Source of the DNA: Balanoglossus misakiensis
Taxonomy: Eukaryota; Animalia; Hemichordata
Length of the DNA stretch: 64,000 nt
Assembly (NCBI GenBank): GCA_040954595.2
Contig: CM082592.2
Location: forward strand, 8,109,677 to 8,173,676
Reading direction: 5' to 3'
Under the pieces are notes generated by a model that worked only from the letters and a program-made list of their open reading frames with translations, made no database searches and was not told where the DNA came from. Numbering within the stretch: position 1 is the first letter of the stretch; each line of letters begins with the position of its first letter. Positions 12,326 through 24,155 of this stretch are shown piece after piece. A program made the translations under genes and the position numbers.

Positions 12326-13624
12326 CTTCGCTATAATCAATGCCGTGGACTGAGGCACCAAAACAAACCCAGTTCTTCGACTTCGTTCTGAGACTGGTCA
12401 GTCGATCTGATAACAACAGCTACCAAAATTCGAAGTGAGAAAAGGGTTCACCCTGAGAGAAAAAATCGGCATTACCCGCACCTTTTCTCTGGTGGCGGAA
12501 AATCTGGCAACGCTCAGTTTAAGTGTGCGCGATGACACTGTATCTTAAAAACAAGATACCTGCCACCAGCTGTCCCGATGTCCCAGTAGAAATGTTTTCT
12601 TGTCCTGGGCCGATTGCTTCTAAATATTGTGTTTGTGTACATCAGTAAGTCCCCATGGACACACTCCATTGGTAGGGGAGGCCCCACTCTCTGGACAAGT
12701 TTTTCATGATTGTTTCCTGGTCAAAAGTTTGTTAAATATGTATTTTAAAGTTACCATGTAGAGTAATTATACATATTATTGTTTGATTTTCTCTTCTAAA
12801 TTTGATAATGCTCGAAACTTAAGTTATTCTTCACAACCATTAGCGTTTTAAACACCTAACGTTAATGGAATAGCCTGTTAAAAGTGAATCTTATTTCTAT
12901 TGATGTGAGCGCCCCCTTTCGACAACCCGTTTCTATGAACACGTGCTTGTCGCTCACGGGTACGACGCACTGTAAACAAACAAAAGTGTGAATCGAGTGA
13001 TTGTTCATTCATTAAAGCCATTCACACCTTCACTTATTATTACGTCTGACGCTGGCTGGACAGCAATCGAATGAATTACACTCGCTCTACGCATCTACTA
13101 CACCATAAGTAAACATTATTGTAAAACGGGATATTTTCGCGATGTGGTCTCCATAAATATTACCCGTTTATGTCGCACGTTTCGGACACAAACTACAAGT
13201 ATTCTCAATAACATCGGCATTATGATAAGAAAATATTTAAAACAAAATCGACAAAATCCCTTTACAGCAAAGGGATCAGAGAGTATGTTTAATTAGGGGA
13301 CCAAGCGCCTGAGGGCACTTGGTCCCCTTCTGTTATTGCTGGAATTTTTCTTCCATCTTCTTGAGTCGTTTTTTTGCTCCCGTTTTTCTCAAAAATCCTG
13401 GGCCTACGCCTATGAAAAGGAGCGAAAAAGTCATTATTTGGACCGTAATAAAACGTTTTTGTCGCCGAGACGTGAATAAAGAACGGTCAGATCGTTGCGG
13501 TGCAGGGAACTCTTATTTGCACCGCAGCGGTGCAAATAAGAGTTCGCACCGCTGCGGTGCAAATAAGATCATTGTAGTTATGCTGCAATATAGTGCGGTA
13601 AATTTCAGACTTTTTCGAGAACAC

Positions 13625-13704
13625 ATCGTGATGGCGAAGGGTTCAGGAAGGCTTGACTTTTACCTCAAGGTGTCAACTGATGTTGGTTCGAGACCACTTT
13701 TTTT
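13625..13704 (+). ncRNA. tRNA-like Pol III cassette (first of 19 copies, one per repeat unit); not a complete tRNA
   Basis: A-box-like TGGCGAAGGG (13632), hairpin CTTGA-cttttacc-TCAAG (13652-13669), B box GGTTCGAGACC (13685-13695), T7 run (13698-13704). The 3' acceptor strand is absent. Confidence 0.5.
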
Positions 13705-15152
13705 CTATTTCTTTTTTTTTTGTGAGAACTTTTAACGACATTGTCATTGTAATTTTTATCAATTTCATAAATCCAATTTATTTCAATATCTACGCTGCGT
13801 CTTTTATCTGTCGGGTATAAGAAACATGCAGGGTAACTTGGTCAGTTTTTTTTTTGTCGCGGTTCACTTTGGCAAGTCTGAATACGTAGTGCTCAGGAAA
13901 GAGAAAGATAAACTCGCTAAAACCATGTCTTTCCGTCCGCATGACCAACCAAGGAGCGAAAAAGTCATTATTTGGGCCGTAATAAAACGTTTTTGTCGCC
14001 GAGGAGTGAATAAAGAACGGTCAGATCGTTGCGGTGCAGGGAACTCTTATTTGCACCGCAGCGGTGAACTCTTATTTGCACCGCTGCGGTGCAAATAAGA
14101 GTCGCACCGCTGCGGTGCAAATAAGATCATTGTAGTTATGCTGCAATATAGTGCGGTAAATTTCCGACTTTTCGAGAACACCCGTGATGGCGAAGGGTTC
14201 AGGAAGGCTTGACTTTTTACCTCAAGGTGTCAACTGATGTTGGTTCGAGACCACTTTTTTTTCTATTTCTTTTTTGTGTGAGAACTTTTAACGACATTGT
14301 CATTGTAATTTTTATCAATTTCATAAATCCAATTTATTTCAATATCTACGCTGCGTTTTTTATCTGTCGGGTATAAGAAACAAGCAGGGAAACTTGGTCA
14401 TTTTTTTTTGTCGCGGTTCACTTTGGCAAGTCTGAATACGTAGTGCTCAGGAAAGAGAAAGATAAACTCGCTAAAACCATGTCTTTCCGTCCGCATGACC
14501 AACCAAGGAGCGAAAAAGTCATTATTTGGGCCGTGATAAAACGTTTTTGTCGCCGAGGAGTGAATAAAGAACGGTCAGATCGTTGCGGTGCAGGGAACTC
14601 TTATTTGCACCGCAGCGGTGAACTCTTATTTGCACCGCTGCGGTGCAAATAAGAGTTCGCACCGCTGCGGTGCAAATAAGATCAGTGTAGTTATGCTGCA
14701 ATATAGTGCGGTAAATTTCCGACTTTTTCGAGAACACATCGTGATGGCGAAGGGTTCAGGAAGGCTTGACTTTTACCTCAAGGTGTCAACTGATGTTGGT
14801 TCGAGACCACTTTTTTTCTATTTCTTTTTTTTGTGAGAACTTTTAACGACATTGTCATTGTAATTTTTATCAATTTCATAAATCCAATTTATTTCAATAT
14901 CTACGCTGCGTTTTTTATCTGTCGGGTATAAGAAACATGCAGGGAAACTTGGTCATTTTTTTTGTCGCGGTTCACTTTGGCAAGTCTGAATACGTAGTGC
15001 TCAGGAAAGAGAAAGATAAACTCGCTAAAACCATGTCTTTCCGTCCGCATGACCAACCAAGGAGCGAAAAAGTCATTATTTGGGCCGTAATAAAACGTTT
15101 TTGTCGCCGAGGAGTGAATAAAGAACGGTCAGATCGTTGCGGTGCAGGGAAC

Positions 15153-15235
15153 TCTTATTTGCACCGCAGCGGTGAACTCTTATTTGCACCGCTGCGGTGC
15201 AAATAAGAGTTCGCACCGCTGCGGTGCAAATAAGA
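15153..15235. repeat. Nested ~83-bp palindrome (representative copy; present in every unit)
   Basis: Perfect 19+1+19 core gaactcttatttgcaccgc-t-gcggtgcaaataagagttc (15174-15212), extending to ~41-bp arms with one 2-nt indel. It contains three caccgcWgcggtg mini-palindromes. Confidence 0.95.
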
Positions 15236-18200
15236 TCATTGTAGTTATGCTGCAATATAGTGCGGTAAATTTCCGACTTTTTCGAGAACACATCGTGATG
15301 GCGAAGGGTTCAGGAAGGCTTTACTTTTTACCTCAAGGTGTCAACTGATGTTGGTTCGAGACCACTTTTTTTCTATTTCTTTTTTTTGTGAGAACTTTTA
15401 ACGACATTGTCATTGTAATTTTTATCAATTTCATAAATCCAATTTATTTCAATATCTACGCTGCGTTTTTTATCTGTCGGGTATAAGAAACATGCAGGGA
15501 AACTTGGTCATTTTTTTTGTCGCGGTTCACTTTGGCAAGTCTGAATACGTAGTGCTCAGGAAAGAGAAAGATAAACTCGCTAAAACCATGTCTTTCCGTC
15601 CGCATGACCAACCAAGGAGCGAAAAAGTCATTATTTGGGCCGTAATAAAACGTTTTTGTCGCCGAGGAGTGAATAAAGAACGGTCAGATCGTTGCGGTGC
15701 AGGGAACTCTTATTTGCACCGCAGCGGTGAACTCTTATTTGCACCGCTGCGGTGCAAATAAGAGTTCGCACCGCTGCGGTGCAAATAAGATCAGTGTAGT
15801 TATGCTGCAATATAGTGCTGTAAATTTCCGACTTTTTCGAGAACACATCGTGATGGCGAAGGGTTCAGGAAGGCTTTACTTTTTACCTCAAGGTGTCAAC
15901 TGATGTTGGTTCGAGACCACTTTTTTCTATTTCTTTTTTTTGTGAGAACTTTTAACGACATTGTCATTGTAATTTTTATCAATTTCATAAATCCAATTTA
16001 TTTCAATATCTACGCTGCGTTTTTTATCTGTCGGGTATAAGAAACATGCAGGGAAACTTGGTCATTTTTTTTTGTCGCGGTTCACTTTGGCAAGTCTGAA
16101 TACGTAGTGCTCAGGAAAGAGAAAGATAAACTCGCTAAAACCGTGTCTTTCCGTCCGCATGACCAACCAAGGAGCGAAAAAGTCATTATTTGGGCCGTAA
16201 TAAAACGTTTTTGTCGCCGAGGAGTGAATAAAGAACGGTCAGATCGTTGCGGTGCAGGGAACTCTTATTTGCACCGCAGCGGTGAACTCTTATTTGCACC
16301 GCTGCGGTGCAAATAAGAGTTCGCACCGCTGTGGTGCAAATAAGATCATTGTAGTTATGCTGCAATATAGTGCGGTAAATTTCCGACTTTTTCGAGAACA
16401 CATCGTGATGGCGAAGGGTTCAGGAAGGCTTGACTTTTACCTCAAGGTGTCAACTGATGTTGGTTCGAGACCACTTTTTTCTATTTCTTTTTTTTTGTGT
16501 GAGAACTTTTAACGACATTGTCATTGTAATTTTTATCAATTTCATAAATCCATTTTATTTCAATATCTACGCTGCGTTTTTTATCTGTCGGGTATAAGAA
16601 ACATGCAGGGAAACTTGGTCATTTTTTTTTGTCGCGGTTCACTTTGGCAAGTCTGAATACGTAGTGCTCAGGAAAGAGAAAGATAAACTCGCTAAAACCG
16701 TGTCTTTCCGTCCGCATGACCAACCAAGGAGCGAAAAAGTCATTATTTGGGCCGTAATAAAACGTTTTTGTCGCCGAGGAGTGAATAAAGAACGGTCAGA
16801 TCGTTGCGGTGCAGGGAACTCTTATTTGCACCGCAGCGGTGAACTCTTATTTGCACCGCTGCGGTGCAAATAAGAGTTCGCACCGCTGTGGTGCAAATAA
16901 GATCATTGTAGTTATGCTGCAATATAGTGCGGTAAATTTCCGACTTTTTCGAGAACACATCGTGATGGCGAAGGGTTCAGGAAGGCTTGACTTTTACCTC
17001 AAGGTGTCAACTGATGTTGGTTCGAGACCACTTTTTTCTATTTCTTTTTTTTTGTGTGAGAACTTTTAACGACATTGTCATTGTAATTTTTATCAATTTC
17101 ATAAATCCATTTTATTTCAATATCTACGCTGCGTTTTTTATCTGTCGGGTATAAGAAACATGCAGGGAAACTTGGTCATTTTTTTTGTCGCGGTTCACTT
17201 TGGCAAGTCTGAATACGTAGTGCTCAGGAAAGAGAAAGATAAACTCGCTAAAACCGTGTCTTTCCGTCCGCATGACCAACCAAGGAGCGAAAAAGTCATT
17301 ATTTGGGCCGTAATAAAACGTTTTTGTCGCCGAGGAGTGAATAAAGAACGGTCAGATCGTTGCGGTGCAGGGAACTCTTATTTGCACCGCTGCGGTGAAC
17401 TCTTATTTGCACCGCTGCGGTGCAAATAAGAGTTCGCACCGCTGCGGTGCAAATAAGATCAGTGTAGTTATGCTGCAATATAGTGCGGTAAATTTCAGAC
17501 TTTTTCGAGAACACATCGTGATGGCGAAGGGTTCAGGAAGGCTTGACTTTTACCTCAAGGTGTCAACTGATGTTGGTTCGAGACCACTTTTTTTTCTATT
17601 TCTTTTTTTGTGTGAGAACTTTTAACGACATTGTCATTGTAATTTTTATCAATTTCATAAATCCAATTTATTTCAATATCTACGCTGCGTTTTTTATCTG
17701 TCGGGTATAAGAAACAAGCAGGGAAACTTGGTCATTTTTTTTTGTCGCGGTTCACTTTGGCAAGTCTGAATACGTAGCGCTCAGGAAAGAGAAAGATAAA
17801 CTCGCTAAAACCATGTCTTTCCGTCCGCATGACCAACCAAGGAGCGAAAAAGTCATTATTTGGGCCGTAATAAAACGTTTTTGTCGCCGAGGAGTGAATA
17901 AAAAACGGTCAGATCGTTGCGGTGCAGGGAACTCTTATTTGCACCGCAGCGGTGAACTCTTATTTGCACCGCTGCGGTGCAAATAAGAGTTCGCACCGCT
18001 GCGGTGCAAATAAGATCAGTGTAGTTATGCTGCAATATAGTGCGGTAAATTTCCGACTTTTTCGAGAACACATCGTGATGGCGAAGGGTTCAGGAAGGCT
18101 TGACTTTTACCTCAAGGTGTCAACTGATGTTGGTTCGAGACCACTTTTTTTTCTATTTCTTTTTTGTGTGAGAACTTTTAACGACATTGTCATTGTAATT

Positions 18201-21200
18201 TTTATCAATTTCATAAATCCAATTTATTTCAATATCTACGCTGCGTTTTTTATCTGTCGGGTATAAGAAACAAGCAGGGAAACTTGGTCATTTTTTTTTG
18301 TCGCGGTTCACTTTGGCAAGTCTGAATACGTAGTGCTCAGGAAAGAGAAAGATAAACTCGCTAAAACCATGTCTTTCCGTCCGCATGACCAACCAAGGAG
18401 CGAAAAAGTCATTATTTGGGCCGTGATAAAACGTTTTTGTCGCCGAGGAGTGAATAAAGAACGGTCAGATCGTTGCGGTGCAGGGAACTCTTATTTGCAC
18501 CGCAGCGGTGAACTCTTATTTGCACCGCTGCGGTGCAAATAAGAGTTCGCACCGCTGCGGTGCAAATAAGATCAGTGTAGTTATGCTGCAATATAGTGCG
18601 GTAAATTTCCGACTTTTTCGAGAACACATCGTGATGGCGAAGGGTTCAGGAAGGCTTGACTTTTACCTCAAGGTGTCAACTGATGTTGGTTCGAGACCAC
18701 TTTTTTTCTATTTCTTTTTTTTGTGAGAACTTTTAACGACATTGTCATTGTAATTTTTATCAATTTCATAAATCCAATTTATTTCAATATCTACGCTGCG
18801 TTTTTTATCTGTCGGGTATAAGAAACATGCAGGGAAACTTGGTCATTTTTTTTGTCGCGGTTCACTTTGGCAAGTCTGAATACGTAGTGCTCAGGAAAGA
18901 GAAAGATAAACTCGCTAAAACCATGTCTTTCCGTCCGCATGACCAACCAAGGAGCGAAAAAGTCATTATTTGGGCCGTAATAAAACGTTTTTGTCGCCGA
19001 GGAGTGAATAAAGAACGGTCAGATCGTTGCGGTGCAGGGAACTCTTATTTGCACCGCAGCGGTGAACTCTTATTTGCACCGCTGCGGTGCAAATAAGAGT
19101 TCGCACCGCTGCGGTGCAAATAAGATCATTGTAGTTATGCTGCAATATAGTGCTGTAAATTTCCGACTTTTTCGAGAACACATCGTGATGGCGAAGGGTT
19201 CAGGAAGGCTTTACTTTTTACCTCAAGGTGTCAACTGATGTTGGTTCGAGACCACTTTTTTTCTATTTCTTTTTTTTGTGAGAACTTTTAACGACATTGT
19301 CATTGTAATTTTTATCAATTTCATAAATCCAATTTATTTCAATATCTACGCTGCGTTTTTTATCTGTCGGGTATAAGAAACATGCAGGGAAACTTGGTCA
19401 TTTTTTTTGTCGCGGTTCACTTTGGCAAGTCTGAATACGTAGTGCTCAGGAAAGAGAAAGATAAACTCGCTAAAACCATGTCTTTCCGTCCGCATGACCA
19501 ACCAAGGAGCGAAAAAGTCATTATTTGGGCCGTAATAAAACGTTTTTGTCGCCGAGGAGTGAATAAAGAACGGTCAGATCGTTGCGGTGCAGGGAACTCT
19601 TATTTGCACCGCAGCGGTGAACTCTTATTTGCACCGCTGCGGTGCAAATAAGAGTTCGCACCGCTGCGGTGCAAATAAGATCAGTGTAGTTATGCTGCAA
19701 TATAGTGCTGTAAATTTCCGACTTTTTCGAGAACACATCGTGATGGCGAAGGGTTCAGGAAGGCTTTACTTTTTACCTCAAGGTGTCAACTGATGTTGGT
19801 TCGAGACCACTTTTTTCTATTTCTTTTTTTTGTGAGAACTTTTAACGACATTGTCATTGTAATTTTTATCAATTTCATAAATCCAATTTATTTCAATATC
19901 TACGCTGCGTTTTTTATCTGTCGGGTATAAGAAACATGCAGGGAAACTTGGTCATTTTTTTTTGTCGCGGTTCACTTTGGCAAGTCTGAATACGTAGTGC
20001 TCAGGAAAGAGAAAGATAAACTCGCTAAAACCGTGTCTTTCCGTCCGCATGACCAACCAAGGAGCGAAAAAGTCATTATTTGGGCCGTAATAAAACGTTT
20101 TTGTCGCCGAGGAGTGAATAAAGAACGGTCAGATCGTTGCGGTGCAGGGAACTCTTATTTGCACCGCAGCGGTGAACTCTTATTTGCACCGCTGCGGTGC
20201 AAATAAGAGTTCGCACCGCTGTGGTGCAAATAAGATCATTGTAGTTATGCTGCAATATAGTGCGGTAAATTTCCGACTTTTTCGAGAACACATCGTGATG
20301 GCGAAGGGTTCAGGAAGGCTTGACTTTTACCTCAAGGTGTCAACTGATGTTGGTTCGAGACCACTTTTTTCTATTTCTTTTTTTTTGTGTGAGAACTTTT
20401 AACGACATTGTCATTGTAATTTTTATCAATTTCATAAATCCATTTTATTTCAATATCTACGCTGCGTTTTTTATCTGTCGGGTATAAGAAACATGCAGGG
20501 AAACTTGGTCATTTTTTTTTGTCGCGGTTCACTTTGGCAAGTCTGAATACGTAGTGCTCAGGAAAGAGAAAGATAAACTCGCTAAAACCGTGTCTTTCCG
20601 TCCGCATGACCAACCAAGGAGCGAAAAAGTCATTATTTGGGCCGTAATAAAACGTTTTTGTCGCCGAGGAGTGAATAAAGAACGGTCAGATCGTTGCGGT
20701 GCAGGGAACTCTTATTTGCACCGCAGCGGTGAACTCTTATTTGCACCGCTGCGGTGCAAATAAGAGTTCGCACCGCTGTGGTGCAAATAAGATCATTGTA
20801 GTTATGCTGCAATATAGTGCGGTAAATTTCCGACTTTTTCGAGAACACATCGTGATGGCGAAGGGTTCAGGAAGGCTTGACTTTTACCTCAAGGTGTCAA
20901 CTGATGTTGGTTCGAGACCACTTTTTTCTATTTCTTTTTTTTTGTGTGAGAACTTTTAACGACATTGTCATTGTAATTTTTATCAATTTCATAAATCCAT
21001 TTTATTTCAATATCTACGCTGCGTTTTTTATCTGTCGGGTATAAGAAACATGCAGGGAAACTTGGTCATTTTTTTTGTCGCGGTTCACTTTGGCAAGTCT
21101 GAATACGTAGTGCTCAGGAAAGAGAAAGATAAACTCGCTAAAACCGTGTCTTTCCGTCCGCATGACCAACCAAGGAGCGAAAAAGTCATTATTTGGGCCG

Positions 21201-24155
21201 TAATAAAACGTTTTTGTCGCCGAGGAGTGAATAAAGAACGGTCAGATCGTTGCGGTGCAGGGAACTCTTATTTGCACCGCTGCGGTGAACTCTTATTTGC
21301 ACCGCTGCGGTGCAAATAAGAGTTCGCACCGCTGCGGTGCAAATAAGATCAGTGTAGTTATGCTGCAATATAGTGCGGTAAATTTCAGACTTTTTCGAGA
21401 ACACATCGTGATGGCGAAGGGTTCAGGAAGGCTTGACTTTTACCTCAAGGTGTCAACTGATGTTGGTTCGAGACCACTTTTTTTTCTATTTCTTTTTTTG
21501 TGTGAGAACTTTTAACGACATTGTCATTGTAATTTTTATCAATTTCATAAATCCAATTTATTTCAATATCTACGCTGCGTTTTTTATCTGTCGGGTATAA
21601 GAAACAAGCAGGGAAACTTGGTCATTTTTTTTTGTCGCGGTTCACTTTGGCAAGTCTGAATACGTAGCGCTCAGGAAAGAGAAAGATAAACTCGCTAAAA
21701 CCATGTCTTTCCGTCCGCATGACCAACCAAGGAGCGAAAAAGTCATTATTTGGGCCGTAATAAAACGTTTTTGTCGCCGAGGAGTGAATAAAAAACGGTC
21801 AGATCGTTGCGGTGCAGGGAACTCTTATTTGCACCGCAGCGGTGAACTCTTATTTGCACCGCTGCGGTGCAAATAAGAGTTCGCACCGCTGCGGTGCAAA
21901 TAAGATCAGTGTAGTTATGCTGCAATATAGTGCGGTAAATTTCCGACTTTTTCGAGAACACATCGTGATGGCGAAGGGTTCAGGAAGGCTTGACTTTTAC
22001 CTCAAGGTGTCAACTGATGTTGGTTCGAGACCACTTTTTTCTATTTCTTTTTTTTTGTGTGAGAACTTTTAACGACATTGTCATTGTAATTTTTATCAAT
22101 TTCATAAATCCATTTTATTTCAATATCTACGCTGCGTTTTTTATCTGTCGGGTATAAGAAACATGCAGGGAAACTTGGTCATTTTTTTTGTCGCGGTTCA
22201 CTTTGGCAAGTCTGAATACGTAGTGCTCAGGAAAGAGAAAGATAAACTCGCTAAAACCGTGTCTTTCCGTCCGCATGACCAACCAAGGAGCGAAAAAGTC
22301 ATTATTTGGGCCGTAATAAAACGTTTTTGTCGCCGAGGAGTGAATAAAAAACGGTCAGATCGTTGCGGTGCAGGGAACTCTTATTTGCACCGCTGCGGTG
22401 AACTCTTATTTGCACCGCTGCGGTGCAAATAAGAGTTCGCACCGCTGCGGTGCAAATAAGATCAGTGTAGTTATGCTGCAATATAGTGCGGTAAATTTCA
22501 GACTTTTTCGAGAACACATCGTGATGGCGAAGGGTTCAGGAAGGCTTGACTTTTACCTCAAGGTGTCAACTGATGTTGGTTCGAGACCACTTTTTTTTCT
22601 ATTTCTTTTTTTGTGTGAGAACTTTTAACGACATTGTCATTGTAATTTTTATCAATTTCATAAATCCAATTTATTTCAATATCTACGCTGCGTTTTTTAT
22701 CTGTCGGGTATAAGAAACAAGCAGGGAAACTTGGTCATTTTTTTTTGTCGCGGTTCACTTTGGCAAGTCTGAATACGTAGCGCTCAGGAAAGAGAAAGAT
22801 AAACTCGCTAAAACCATGTCTTTCCGTCCGCATGACCAACCAAGGAGCGAAAAAGTCATTATTTGGGCCGTAATAAAACGTTTTTGTCGCCGAGGAGTGA
22901 ATAAAAAACGGTCAGATCGTTGCGGTGCAGGGAACTCTTATTTGCACCGCAGCGGTGAACTCTTATTTGCACCGCTGCGGTGCAAATAAGAGTTCGCACC
23001 GCTGCGGTGCAAATAAGATCAGTGTAGTTATGCTGCAATATAGTGCGGTAAATTTCCGACTTTTTCGAGAACACATCGTGATGGCGAAGGGTTCAGGAAG
23101 GCTTGACTTTTACCTCAAGGTGTCAACTGATGTTGGTTCGAGACCACTTTTTTCTATTTCTTTTTTTTTGTGTGAGAACTTTTAACGACATTGTCATTGT
23201 AATTTTTATCAATTTCATAAATCCATTTTATTTCAATATCTACGCTGCGTTTTTTATCTGTCGGGTATAAGAAACATGCAGGGAAACTTGGTCATTTTTT
23301 TTGTCGCGGTTCACTTTGGCAAGTCTGAATACGTAGTGCTCAGGAAAGAGAAAGATAAACTCGCTAAAACCGTGTCTTTCCGTCCGCATGACCAACCAAG
23401 GAGCGAAAAAGTCATTATTTGGGCCGTAATAAAACGTTTTTGTCGCCGAGGAGTGAATAAAGAACGGTCAGATCGTTGCGGTGCAGGGAACTCTTATTTG
23501 CACCGCTGCGGTGAACTCTTATTTGCACCGCTGCGGTGCAAATAAGAGTTCGCACCGCTGCGGTGCAAATAAGATCAGTGTAGTTATGCTGCAATATAGT
23601 GCGGTAAATTTCAGACTTTTTCGAGAACACATCGTGATGGCGAAGGGTTCAGGAAGGCTTGACTTTTACCTCAAGGTGTCAACTGATGTTGGTTCGAGAC
23701 CACTTTTTTTTCTATTTCTTTTTTTGTGTGAGAACTTTTAACGACATTGTCATTGTAATTTTTATCAATTTCATAAATCCAATTTATTTCAATATCTACG
23801 CTGCGTTTTTAGAAGTTCACTTCTGGTTGTTGTGTTTGTACTTGTAAGACATCCATTTCGGGTGGTTGCCTACTCCCCCATATCTCCACATCCTGAGCAA
23901 ATACAGCCTACGCATTTGAATGGTACAACCCTGAATGGAGTCTTATGGTTATTATCTCTATGCTTGGGCCCCTTCAATGCTGCTTGCAGCTTTAATATTT
24001 TATCTGTTATTGTTTGAAATGAGAGAAATTTTATTATTTTACTTCAAACCCTCTGCGTCTTGACTGTTTTTTTATTTCTCAGTCTGTCAGGTGGAGGTAA
24101 GAAATCATGTGTATGTATATCTAAAGCAGTCCATATCTGTTAATTGCCCCAGCTA

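Larger units (their letters stand above)
13417..23809. repeat. Tandem array (satellite) of 19 near-identical ~556-bp units; last unit partial
   Basis: The marker ggagcgaaaaagtc recurs at 13419, 13953, 14507, 15061, 15616, 16171, 16728, 17284, 17841, 18397, 18951, 19506, 20061, 20618, 21174, 21731, 22287, 22844 and 23400. The ORF track repeats with the same period. Confidence 0.98.
13293..23996 (+). mobile_element. Non-autonomous Helentron-like element (HINE/DINE-type) enclosing a 10.4-kb tandem array
   Basis: 5' hairpin aggggaccaagcgcc-tgag-ggcacttggtcccct (13295-13328); matching 3' subterminal repeat gcttgggcccct (23962-23973); short 3' hairpin gctgc-tt-gcagc (23979-23990); T/A-rich termini. 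This arrangement is the described Helentron/HINE end structure. Confidence 0.72.

Noticed and set aside
13625-13704. Functional tRNA-Lys(TTT) or 5S rRNA gene array
   Set aside because: There is no acceptor-stem 3' strand, the anticodon loop has 8 nt and the D arm is weak; there is no similarity to 5S. Kept only as tRNA-like.
13417-23809. CRISPR array (palindromic repeats at regular spacing)
   Set aside because: The sequence between palindromes is identical from unit to unit, so there are no unique spacers. The period is ~556 bp, no cas genes are present and the context is eukaryotic.
13319-23847. Repeated 68-138 aa ORFs (MQGNLV..., MLRKEK..., MFSKKS...) as a tandem protein gene family
   Set aside because: Frames are broken differently by homopolymer-length changes between units, ORFs overlap on both strands, and the HRCGANK repeats merely translate the DNA palindrome.
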